64,000 nt of DNA from an uncultured Nitrospiraceae bacterium (lineage in GTDB: Bacteria > Nitrospirota > Thermodesulfovibrionia > Thermodesulfovibrionales > SM23-35): contig CAVRAA010000006.1 of assembly GCA_963718855.1 (NCBI GenBank), positions 214,988 through 278,987 of the forward strand. The letters are read 5' to 3'. Positions 50,730 through 60,846 of the stretch are shown piece after piece. Below the pieces are notes generated by a model that did not search any database, was not told the origin of the DNA, and was given only the letters and a program-made list of their open reading frames with translations. Position 1 is the first letter of the stretch. Every line of letters starts with the position of its first letter. Position numbers and translations under genes: made by a program.

Positions 50730-51014
50730 ATGCCTATATACGAGTATGAATGCCTCAGCTGCGGCAGGCAGTGCGAGGTGATTCAAAAATTCAGCGATGA
50801 GCCATTGAATTGCTGCCCCGAATGCGGCGGGCATATGCATAAGCTGATATCGCAATCATCCTTTATCCTGAAGGGGACCGGATGGTATGTGACCGACTAC
50901 GCATCACCTGACAGAAAAAAAGCCATTGAAGCGAAAACCAAAACACATCCCAAGACAGAAAATAAGACAGAAGTTAAGAAAGAGTCAAAGACAGAAGCTG
51001 TTTCAAAAAATTAA
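50730..51014 (+). CDS. FmdB-family zinc-ribbon regulatory protein
   Basis: [12 protein letters not shown]...CPECGG, the signature of the CxxC_CxxC_SSSS family. Confidence 0.8.
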   Translation: MPIYEYECLSCGRQCEVIQKFSDEPLNCCPECGGHMHKLISQSSFILKGTGWYVTDYASPDRKKAIEAKTKTHPKTENKTEVKKESKTEAVSKN

Positions 51015-51769
51015 TGAAAGAGCCTCATGTCCATGTGCCCTTCACCAGGATTGAGGAGTATCTCGCATTTATAAAAGAACACCGCATTAACCCGGAACTG
51101 TACTTTTCTTCACATTCGCTTGACCGCCTAACCATAACCGATATCAAGACACTCAAGGATAGTCTTGACTACAATCCCTCTTTTTCGATCCATGCGCCGT
51201 TTATGGACCTCTCACCCGGTGCAGTCGACGAGAAAATCCGTGCAATCACTCTTGAACGGTTTTTCGCTGTTTTTGATATCGCCGACATCCTTCAGCCAAA
51301 AACGATTGTGTTTCATTCAGGATACGAGAAATGGAAATATGCGCACAGCATAGGCCTATGGCTTGAGGGCAGTCTCCCCACGTGGGAAGTACTGCTGAAA
51401 AAGGCTGAGGCAATAAATGTCAGTATTGCGATAGAAAATATCTTTGAGGATAATCCGGAGAACCTCAGAATGCTTATGGAGAAAATAAATTCGGAGCATT
51501 TCGGAGTCTGCTTTGACACAGGACATTTCAACCTTTTCTCCACGCTATCTCTCAGCGAGTGGTTAAGCGAGTTGAAGCCGTATATTCTGGAACTGCATCT
51601 CCATGACAACCACAAGACATCCGATGCTCATATTGCCATAGGGGAGGGGACCTTCGACTTTGATGCGTTGTTTGCAGCGGTGAAGGGCAAAGAGGTGATT
51701 TACACGATCGAAGGACATACACCTGATGATGTCATGAAGAGCATTGTACGACTGAAGGAGTATCTCTGA
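51014..51769 (+). CDS. Sugar phosphate isomerase/epimerase (xylose isomerase-like TIM barrel)
   Basis: 251 aa with IVFHSGY, IAIENIFE, FDTGH, LHLHDN metal-ligand style motifs. Confidence 0.7.
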   Translation: MKEPHVHVPFTRIEEYLAFIKEHRINPELYFSSHSLDRLTITDIKTLKDSLDYNPSFSIHAPFMDLSPGAVDEKIRAITLERFFAVFDIADILQPKTIVFHSGYEKWKYAHSIGLWLEGSLPTWEVLLKKAEAINVSIAIENIFEDNPENLRMLMEKINSEHFGVCFDTGHFNLFSTLSLSEWLSELKPYILELHLHDNHKTSDAHIAIGEGTFDFDALFAAVKGKEVIYTIEGHTPDDVMKSIVRLKEYL

Positions 51770-51825
51770 GCATACCTTTGCATTGAATTATCATCGACTA
51801 TTTCCCGCAGAACCATCCTCACAAA

Positions 51826-51866
51826 ATCTTTACACATAAAAGCCCAATCTTTGCACTATCTTTATC
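51826..51866 (+). promoter_or_regulatory. Three direct repeats ATCTTTnCA/ATC (51826, 51847, 51858) upstream of the kdp operon; candidate KdpE operator
   Basis: Spacing is 21 and 11 nt. OmpR-family regulators bind direct repeats about one helical turn apart. T-rich region and a TGTTATGCT -10-like element follow. Confidence 0.35.
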
Positions 51867-51901
51867 CGATTTTTTGTTATGCTTTGAAAAAGGAGCTGAG
51901 A

Positions 51902-51985
51902 ATGGATCTGATATATATAGGAATTATCGCAGGTTTTTTTGGCGTCACATGGCTGCTGGTAAGGCTTGCGGAAAAAGTGAAGTAA
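51902..51985 (+). CDS. Candidate 27-aa membrane peptide (MDLIYIGIIAGFFGVTWLLVRLAEKVK) upstream of kdpF
   Basis: ATG preceded by AAAGGAG. Single TM helix. Below the track cutoff. Confidence 0.3.
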   Translation: MDLIYIGIIAGFFGVTWLLVRLAEKVK

Positions 51986-52017
51986 GAAATAAAGCAAATG
52001 GAGACCAGGAGGTAACA

Positions 52018-52110
52018 GTGGAAACTCTCTATTGGATAAGCGGCATTATTGCTGTCGGTCTTTTGATCTATCTTGCAATCGCGCTTATGAAGCCGGAGAT
52101 ATTTTCATGA
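52018..52110 (+). CDS. kdpF: K+-transporting ATPase subunit F
   Basis: GTG start after [35 protein letters not shown] matches the KdpF pattern. ATGA overlap with kdpA. Confidence 0.7.
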   Translation: METLYWISGIIAVGLLIYLAIALMKPEIFS

Positions 52111-53910
52111 CAGCGAATGGTATTCTGCAGATATTAGTATACCTGGTCGTTCTTTTTGCGCTTGTCAAACCGCTCGGCGTCTATATGGCAAGGGTGTATC
52201 AGTACCGAGCCATGCGGGCTTGATCGTATCCTCGGTCCGCTGGAACGTCTGATTTATTGCATGTTCGGCATACGTCCGGACGATGAAATGTCCTGGAAGG
52301 CGTATGCAGGGGCCGCGATTCTTTTCAAGCTCGCCTTTTTCTTCCTTTTGTATATGATTCTGCGCCTTCAGGGAGTGCTGCCGCTGAACCCGCAGGGTTT
52401 TCCGGGAGTCGCGCCGGACCTGGCCTTCAATACCGCAGTCAGTTTCATCACGAACACAAACTGGCAGGCGTATGGCGGCGAATCGACCATGAGTTATCTG
52501 TCCCAGATGATGGGACTCGGCGTTCAGAATTTCGTTTCGGCGGCTCAGGGAATGGCTGTTTTAGTCGCCCTCATCCGGGGATTTACACGGAGGACAGCTG
52601 GCACAATCGGCAACTTCTGGGTAGATCTGACACGCTCTGTACTGTATATCCTGCTGCCACTTTCTCTTATAATGGCCGTTCTGCTGGTATCGCAGGGAGT
52701 GGTGCAAAACTTCAGTCCCTATAAAAATGTGCCGCTCCTGCAAACGATCATCTATGACAATCCCAAACTCGATGCTGATGGAAAGCCCGCCATGTCTGCC
52801 GATGGAAAGCCGGTCACGGAGTCCGCTCAAACTACTGAACAGACATTGCCGATGGGGCCTGCGGCCTCCCAGATTGCAATCAAGCAGCTCGGAACAAATG
52901 GAGGCGGTTTTTTCAACGTGAACTCCGCCCACCCTTTTGAAAACCCTACGCCTCTCTCGAATTTTCTCGAGTTATTGGCAATCCTGCTCATTCCTGCAGC
53001 GCTTTGTTATACCTTCGGCAGGATGGTTGGCGATAAGCGACAGGGCTGGGCAGTACTCGCTGCCATGTTTATGATATTTATCCCGCTCCTGATAGTATGT
53101 TATTCCGGTGAACAGGCCGGGAATCCGCTTCTTACCGCGGCAGGTGTAGATCAAACTTCAGGCAATCTCCAGACCGGCGGCAACATGGAAGGCAAGGAGG
53201 TGCGTTTCGGCATTGCGAATTCGGCTCTCTGGGCAATTGCTACAACTGCCGCATCAAACGGTTCCGTCAATTCGATGCACGATTCCTTCAGCCCGCTAGG
53301 AGGTTTGGCGCCCATAGTTATGATACAGCTGGGCGAGGTAGTTTTCGGAGGCGTCGGCTCAGGTCTCTACGGCATGCTTGCTTTTGTTATTGTGGCGGTC
53401 TTTATCTCCGGCCTTATGGTCGGCCGGACACCGGAATATCTCGGCAAAAAAATAGAGGCATTTGAGATGAAAATGGCTTCAATAGTTATCCTGGTGCCTT
53501 GCTGTTTTGTTCTGCTCGGGACCGCTGTCGCATCCGTTACCAGCTCAGGCGTGTTAAGTATCTCCAACCCCGGGCCGCACGGGTTCTCACAGATGCTCTA
53601 CGCCTTTTCATCGATGTCAAACAATAACGGCAGCGCCTTCGGCGGCCTCAATGCCAATACGCCGTTCTACAACACCCTTGGTGGTATAGCCATGCTTTTC
53701 GGAAGGTTCTGGACCATGATACCGGTGCTCGCCGTAGCCGGCTCTCTGGCTGCAAAAAAATATGTGCCGCCCGGAGCAGGCACACTGCCCACGCATACAC
53801 CTCTCTTTATCCTGTTTTTGGCAAGCGTGGTCATAATAGTCGGCGCACTGACGTTCTTTCCCGCCCTTGGGCTGGGACCGATAGCCGAACACCTGATGCT
53901 CTATAAGTAG
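52107..53910 (+). CDS. kdpA: K+-transporting ATPase subunit A, frame interruption near 52198-52206
   Basis: [32 protein letters not shown], then after a shift [17 protein letters not shown]... continuing for 560 aa with NTNWQ, TNGGGF and SNNGSAF selectivity-filter-like motifs. Confidence 0.9.
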
Positions 53911-53925
53911 ACAGGAGGCGTGTTT

Positions 53926-55999
53926 ATGAATCATAAGAAGAAAGAGCGCACCCTTTTTGATCCGCGGATTATCCGGCGCGCGTTCATCGATGCGCTAGTT
54001 AAGCTCAATCCGAAAAACCAGGTACGCAACCCGGTAATGTTTGTAGTTGAGGTGGGCAGTGCACTGACGACGCTCCTTTTCTTCAGGTCTCTTTTCATCC
54101 CCGGCACGGAGTCGTCCTGGTTCATCCTCCATATTTCAATCTGGCTGTGGGCAACCGTTCTCTTCGCCAATTTTGCGGAATCAGTAGCGGAAGGCCGGGG
54201 CAAGGCACAGGCAGAGGCGCTTCGTTCATCACGCAGAGACGTGCAGGCAAAGAAGCTCTCACAACCCGAAAGGGATGCGAAGATCACCGTTCTTCCGTCT
54301 TCCCAGCTGAGTAAAGGTGATTTCTTTCTTGTTGAAGCCGGAGATATTATCCCGGGTGACGGCGAAGTTGTCGTCGGCGTTGCCTCGGTTAATGAAAGCG
54401 CCATAACCGGCGAAAGCGCACCGGTCATCCGCGAAAGCGGCGGCGACCGCTCTGCTGTGACCGGTGGAACGCTCGTGCTGTCTGATTGGTTAGTGGTGCG
54501 GATCACGGCAAACCCCGGGGAAACCTTCCTCGACCGTATGATCTCGATGGTCGAAGGGGCAAAACGGCAGAAAACACCGAATGAGATTGCTCTCGACATT
54601 CTTCTTGCCGGAATGACGATCATCTTTCTGGTTGCAGTCGCAACACTGCTGCCCTTTTCGATATTCAGCGTTACAGCAGCCGGACAGGGGACACCGGTCT
54701 CTATTGTGGTACTCGTATCGCTTCTTGTTTGTCTTATCCCGACAACGATCGGCGGACTCCTTTCCGCAATCGGAATTGCAGGAATGGACCGAATGATCCA
54801 GGCAAACGTCATCGCCATGTCCGGACGCGCCGTGGAAGCTGCGGGAGACGTTGACGTGCTGCTCCTTGATAAAACGGGAACGATAACGCTTGGTGACAGA
54901 CAGGCGACCGCTTTTATCCCTGCTCCAGGCGTAAAGGCGGAAATACTTGTCAATGCAGCACAATTTTCATCACTGGCAGATGAAACGCCAGAGGGGCGCA
55001 GTATAGTTGTTCTTGCCAAAAAAAAATATGGCCTGAGAGAACGAGATATTCATTCTCTGAAGGCTCAATTCATTCCTTTTTCTGCCCATACGCGAATGAG
55101 TGGCGTAGATCTCGACGGGAGGGAAATCCGCAAAGGGTCGGCAGATGCGGTGGAAGCATATGTGAACAAACATGGGGGCATCTTCCCTCAAGACGTAAGA
55201 GATATCGTCAAAGAAATCAGCAGGGCGGGTGGAACGCCATTGGTAGTCGCCGAAGGAAAAGAGGCGCTCGGTGTAATTCGTCTTGATGATATTATTAAGG
55301 GAGGCATACGGGAGCGGTTTGCAGAGCTTAGAGAAATGGGTATTACAACAATCATGATTACCGGGGACAATCCGCTTACTGCGGCCACTGTGGCAGCGGA
55401 GGCCGGAGTGGATGATTTTCTGGCTAATGCTACGCCGCAGGCAAAGCTGGAATTGATCCGGGAGTATCAGGCAGGGGGCAGGCTGGTTGCGATGACCGGT
55501 GACGGAACAAACGACGCCCCGGCTCTTGCCCAGGCTGATGTGGCAGTTGCTATGAATACGGGAACGCAGGCGGCAAAAGAAGCAGGCAATATGGTGGACC
55601 TTGACTCGAATCCGACCAAACTGCTTCAGATCGTTGAAATCGGCAAGCAGCTCCTGATGACGCGCGGCTCGCTGACGACATTCAGTATTGCCAATGACGT
55701 GGCAAAATACTTTGCGATCCTCCCTGCTGCATTTATTTTCATCTATCCTCAGCTCGCTATACTTAACATCATGGGGCTCTCGACTCCTCAAAGCGCCATA
55801 CTGTCAGCAGTTATATTCAACGCATTAATCATCATTGCACTGATACCGTTGGCGCTGCGAGGCGTCTCCTATCGACCGCTCAGGGCCGGCGTTGTAATGC
55901 GCAACAATCTTCTCATTTACGGTGCTCGGGGGTCTTATCGTTCCGTTCATCGGTATCAAACTGATCGATATGATCATAACTTTATTGCATTTGGCGTGA
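53926..55999 (+). CDS. kdpB: K+-transporting ATPase subunit B (P-type), frame interruption near 55921-55931
   Basis: DKTGTIT phosphorylation site, [17 protein letters not shown]. The C-terminus in the shifted frame, [24 protein letters not shown]-stop (55997-55999), is the canonical KdpB end. Confidence 0.9.
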
Positions 56000-56008
56000 G
56001 GTGATGAA

Positions 56009-56585
56009 ATGTCAAAAATACTACGACCTGTAATAGTTTCATTATTCGTATTCACTGTAATAACGGGAATCCTCTATCCACTCGCTGTAACCGGGATTGC
56101 GCAATTGTTTTTCCCGGATCAGGCGAATGGGAGTGTTATTGTTTAAAAACGGAAAGCCTGCGGGATGCTCTCTCATCGGACAGACATTTGATAATCCTAA
56201 ATATTTTTGGGGAAGACTGTCGGCAACCTCTCCCTTTCCGTATAATTCAGCCGCTTCAAGCGGCTCTAATCGGTCACAAACTAACCCTGACCTCATAAAG
56301 CAGGTGAAGGACCGGATATCGGCATTGCGCGAAGCCGACCCGCAAGCCTCTGCGCCAAGTGCCCGTCAGACCTGGTTACCGCATCCGGCAGCGGCCTTGA
56401 TCCGGATATCAGCCCTGCTGCGGCAGAATATCAAATACGGCGTGTTGCGAAAGCCCGGGGGTTGGATGAGGCAGAGGTGCGCATGCTGGTGACGAACCAT
56501 ACCGAAGGCCGTCAACTCGGCTTCCTCGGCGAGCCAAGGGTTAATGTGCTTGAGTTGAATACGAGCACTCGACGGAATCAAATAA
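56009..56585 (+). pseudogene. kdpC: K+-transporting ATPase subunit C with at least 4 frame interruptions
   Basis: [45 protein letters not shown] | KNGKPAGCSLIGQTFDNPKYFWGR...SGSN | [44 protein letters not shown]...[11 protein letters not shown] | ALDGIK-stop. The pieces lie in three frames. Confidence 0.8.
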
Positions 56586-56643
56586 TCCTGCCTTCCCCTC
56601 CTTCAATAAAGGTGGGGAGGATTGCTCTAAGGAGGGACAAAAG

Positions 56644-57040
56644 ATGAAAAGAAGGATTGTCAGTATAGTAATCATGATTCTGTTTTTATTCGCTGCAGTG
56701 AATCCTTTGACTGTCATCGCAGCTTCGTATCTGCCGGCTTCTCTTTACCATAAGGAGCACATTGCTGAAACAGTCATGAAGGCCGGCCAGACAGTATACT
56801 TGTTCCATAGCGGGACAGAAGACATAAGGAGGACTATCCATGTCAACGACATCCTGATTGTTTATCGAATAAGCCCGTTATGCGAAGTAAAGGCAGTGGG
56901 TACAATCAGAGTCGATATCCCATATTGCAGATACCTATTTAAAGGCTGAGATCGTCGAAGGTGAGATCATCCCTAATGACATTGCAAAAAAAGGTAATGT
57001 ATCATGCCTGGTAATCTCTGCCGGCTTATGTAACCCGTAG
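56644..57040 (+). pseudogene. Hypothetical secreted protein between kdpC and kdpD, probable frame interruption near 56900-56930
   Basis: Signal peptide [28 protein letters not shown] plausible continuation ...TYLKAEIVEGEIIPNDIAKKGNVSCLVISAGLCNP-stop lies in another frame. Confidence 0.35.
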
Positions 57041-57178
57041 ACTTTAGAAAGTAGTCGCAGGCTTCAGCCTGCGTTGACTGACGGGACCAAAGGCTGCGGC
57101 TGCCACCAGGGCCTGAATGGATTATTTGCTCATAGTTCTGAAAAGTGCAAAAATATAGGTAAGCACAGAGTCATATAA

Positions 57179-59867
57179 ATGGAAGAGAAAAAAAGACCAA
57201 GTCCTGATCTGCTTATCGATCATGATGCGGAGTGAAGCCGAGCGGAGTCGGGAAGGGAAGCTCAAGATATTTTTCGGCGCTGCACCCGGAGTGGGGAAGA
57301 CTTATGCGATGCTTGCGTCTGCACAACAAAAACTGGCAGAGGGGGTCGATGTCGTTGCAGGCATTGTAGAGACGCACGAACGGAAGGAAACGGAAGCGCT
57401 CCTCGTGGGACTTGAAGTGATTCCACGCCGTCCCGTTGAATACCGCGGAACAACATTAAATGAATTCGATATCGACGCAGCTCTCAGTCGTAAACCCGCG
57501 CTCATTCTGGTTGACGAGCTGGCTCACACAAATACTCCGGGCTCACGACATAAAAACCGGTGGCAGGACATATACGAACTGCTTGGCGCCGGGATCTCCG
57601 TGTATACCACGATGAATGTGCAGCACCTTGAAAGTCTGAATGATGTAGTCACCCAGATCACGGGCATCCAGGTGCGTGAAACTGTTCCCGATTTTCTCCT
57701 CGACCGTGCAGACGAGATAGAACTCATAGACCTTCCGCCCGAGGAACTTCTGCAGACGGCTAAAGGAAGGGAAGGTATATGTAGCTGAATTGGCCGAGCG
57801 GCGAGAACAAATTTCTTTCGCAAGGGAAACTTGCTTGCCCTGAGAGAGCTGGCATTGCGCCGTACTGCTGAAAGGGTGGATGAACAGATGCAGGATTACC
57901 GGCGAGTCAAAGGGGTAAGGGAAGTTTGGCCCGCAGCTGAGCGGATAATGGTCTGCATTGGGGCAAACCCCCGTTCAATCCGCCTGATCCGGGCAGCGAA
58001 GCGAATGGCAGCCGGACTTCGGGCGGACTGGATTTCCGTATACGTTGAAGCTCCGACAGCGGTTAGGCCGTCTGAAAGTGATCTCAGGCACCTGTCCGAC
58101 CATATGCGTTTGGCCGAAAGCCTTGGAGCAGAAACCGTGACGCTCTCCGGTCACAATGCCAGTGAGGAAATTCTCAATTATGCCCGCACCCGTAATGTAA
58201 CTAAAATCATTGTAGGTAAGCCGACTCATCCGAGATGGAAAGATAAGCTGTTCGGGTCATTGCTTGACGACGTTGTGCGCGGCAGCGGGGACATAGACGT
58301 CTATGTCATTTCAGGTGATTCAGGTCATGCTGAACCAAAGCTCGCAGTCAAGCCGGTCCCTCGGAAGACTGACATGAAAGGCTGGCTTCTTTGTGCGGGA
58401 ATTGTTATAGCTTGTACGGGTATTTCTGCCCTGATGTTCCCCTATTTAAATCTCGTGGATCTCGCCATGGTCTATCTCCTGGGCATTATGATCGTCGCAA
58501 GCCATACCGGTAAGGGACCAGCATTATTGGCAGCACTGCTCAGCGTAGCATCGTTTGATTTCTTTTTTGTTCCTCCTTACCATACCTTTGCGGTCAGCGA
58601 TGTAAAATATCTCGTCACTTTTGTCGTCATGTTCATCGTTGCCTTTGTCATCGGCAATTTGACCTTCCGCATACGTGAGCAGGCGAATGCAGCCCGGCTC
58701 CGTGAAAGAAGAACGGCAGCTCTTTATAACCTCAGCAAAGAACTTGTGCACGAGCAGGAGGTCAAAATCTTAAGTTCAATTGCTGAAAAACATATCAACG
58801 ATGTTTTCCCGAGCAAGGTCGTCATCCTGATGCCTGATGAGAAGGGAAACCTGACTGTTCCCATTACTGCCGAGGAAACATTCGCTTTGGATCAGAGCGA
58901 GTTGGGGGTTGCCCAATGGACGTTTGATCACCGCCAGCAGGCCGGTCTGGGCACTGATACGGTTCCGGGAGCAAAGGCGCTTTATCTGCCGTTGGTCACT
59001 TCATCGCGGACAGTAGGAGTGCTGGGTATTTTACCCGGCTCCTCTCCGGGACTGTTTGATCCGGAGCAGATGCATATGCTCGAAAGTTTCGCAAACCAGA
59101 CTGCTATTGCCATCGAAAGAGCGCTCCTTGCAGAAGAGGCGCAAAATGCCCTTCTAAAAGCAGAAACTGAAACCTTGCGCAATACCCTCCTCAGTTCTGT
59201 TTCACATGATCTGCGTACTCCGTTGGCAGCAATCACAGGGGCTTCATCAACATTGCTTCAGCCTGATATATCTCTGGACAAGCACAGCAAGAAAGAACTT
59301 ATAAAGACCATTTATGAAGAAGCAGAGCGTTTGAATCAAATTATTCGCAATGTGCTTGATATGACGCGTCTTGAGTCAGGTGCGATAGTGGTAAAAAAAG
59401 AGTGGCAGTCTCTTGAAGAGATTGTTGGAGTTGTAATGAACCGATTTTCTGAAAAACTGAAGGAACACCCGATTTCCATCAATCTTTCCGTTGATTTGCC
59501 TCTTGTTCCTTTTGATGCCCTCCTCATTGAACAGGTTTTAATGAATCTTCTTGATAATGCTATAAAATATACGCCAAAGGAGACTCCCCTGGAGCTTTCT
59601 GCGATGTTGAAAGGAGATAGTTTGCTTGTGGAATTTGCAGATCGGGGTCCTGGGATTCCTCATGGAGAGGAGAAGCAGATATTTGAGAAATTTGTTCATG
59701 GTTCCACGGCAAAAGGGGGGATCGGTTTAGGCCTGACTATCTGTCATGCAATTATCACTGCCCACGGGGGAGATATTTGGGCTGAAAACAGGTTGGGTGG
59801 AGGGGCCGTTTTTCGATTTACTCTGCCCATTACCGGGAAGCCAAAATTGCTGGAAATGGAAGAATAA
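57179..59867 (+). pseudogene. kdpD: Sensor kinase KdpD with about 3 frame interruptions in the first 650 nt (about 57225, 57758, 57815)
   Basis: MEEKKRPSPDLLIDH | GKLKIFFGAAPGVGKTYAM...NVQHLESLNDVV...PEELLQ | RLKEGKVYVAELAER | FFRKGNLLALRELALRRTAERVD..., then intact USP, 4-TM, GAF, HisKA (VSHDLRTPLA) and HATPase domains. Confidence 0.9.
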
Positions 59868-60574
59868 TGTCACAAGATAAAGGAATAATTCTTCTCATTG
59901 AAGATGAACCCCAGATGCAGCGATTTCTTCGCATCGTCCTGCAAGGCCAGGGGTATAGCTCTATTGAAGCGCAAACAGGACAAGAGGGGCTTATGCAGGC
60001 TGCGACGCGTTCTCCGGATATCATATTACTTGATCTCGGTCTCCCTGATATTGACGGATTAGAAGTAACAAGGCGATTACGCGAATGGAGCGATATTCCG
60101 ATAATAGTACTTTCCGCGCGGGAACAGGAACAGGATAAGATTAAGGCGCTTGATGCGGGTGCAGACGACTATCTGACAAAACCTTTTGGCGCCGGTGAAC
60201 TGTTGGCACGTATCCGCGTTGCCATACGTCACAAAGTAATGAGACAGGCCCCTGCGGCAGAACCGGTATTTATTCTCGACAATCTCCGTGTCGATATGTC
60301 ACGACGCCAGGTATTTTTACATGAGCAGGAAGTTCACTTGACTCCTATTGAATACAAACTTTTGATGGTACTCATTCAAAATGCGGGAAAAGTTGTTACT
60401 CACACCCATCTTTTAAAAGAAGTATGGGGACCTCCTTACTCAAATGAGACGCAGTATTTAAGGGTCTATATGACCCAGTTGCGCCATAAGCTTGAATCAG
60501 ATCCGGCAAGGCCTCGTTTCCTGATCAATGAGCCCGGTATTGGATACAGACTAAAAACTGAGATGGAAGAATAG
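59867..60574 (+). CDS. kdpE: OmpR-family response regulator KdpE
   Basis: ILLIEDEPQ...LLDLGLPDIDG...KPF receiver, plus a winged-helix C-terminus (LTPIEYKLLMVL, GIGYRL). Its ATG overlaps the kdpD TAA. Confidence 0.9.
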   Translation: MSQDKGIILLIEDEPQMQRFLRIVLQGQGYSSIEAQTGQEGLMQAATRSPDIILLDLGLPDIDGLEVTRRLREWSDIPIIVLSAREQEQDKIKALDAGADDYLTKPFGAGELLARIRVAIRHKVMRQAPAAEPVFILDNLRVDMSRRQVFLHEQEVHLTPIEYKLLMVLIQNAGKVVTHTHLLKEVWGPPYSNETQYLRVYMTQLRHKLESDPARPRFLINEPGIGYRLKTEMEE

Positions 60575-60597
60575 ATTTCATAAGAAATGAGAATGAC

Positions 60598-60626
60598 TTG
60601 ACATGCATGATGTCAGGGTATAGTAT
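60598..60626 (+). promoter_or_regulatory. Sigma70-type promoter: TTGACA (60598-60603), 17-nt spacer, TAGTAT (60621-60626)
   Basis: Read directly. Sits just upstream of the riboswitch aptamer. Confidence 0.65.
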
Positions 60627-60632
60627 GAAACG

Positions 60633-60790
60633 AATAGAAATTGCAGCCGAAATCCATTGAAAGAATGGATGCGGGGGACCCAAATAGAAGGGGCGTATTT
60701 CGCGGGATATCCGGGAATAGGGCACTTCCAGGCCCGAGCCCGACAGCTAACCTCGCAGGCATGTGGAAGGGCACTGGACAGGGATGTGGA
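60633..60790 (+). promoter_or_regulatory. c-di-AMP riboswitch (ydaO/kimA class) leader of kup
   Basis: Contains GCGGGGGACCCA and CCCGAGCCCGACAGCUAACCUCGCAGGC. These correspond to the two most conserved blocks I recall from B. subtilis ydaO (GCGGGGGACCCA ... CCCGAAUCCGUCAGCUAACCUCGUAAGC). Confidence 0.8.
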
Positions 60791-60814
60791 CCGCTGCCAG
60801 CCGGCGGTTTTTTT
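60791..60814 (+). terminator. Intrinsic terminator (CCGCTG-CCAGC-CGGCGG + T7), expression platform of the riboswitch
   Basis: 6-bp stem with one G-U pair, followed by TTTTTTT. An RBS-sequestering hairpin CCTCCTT/AAGGAGG follows at 60820-60841. Confidence 0.7.
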
Positions 60815-60846
60815 ATGCTCCTCCTTTGCCCCCGAAGGAGGCAGCG

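Noticed and set aside
57230-57235. TGA after ...LLIDHDAE at the kdpD 5' end, and other TGA stops at split genes (guaB 42620, guaA 44343, kdpA 52221), considered as possible further Sec codons.
   Set aside because: In all these cases the conserved continuation lies in a different reading frame, so they are frameshifts and not in-frame recoding. No Cys is expected at those positions.
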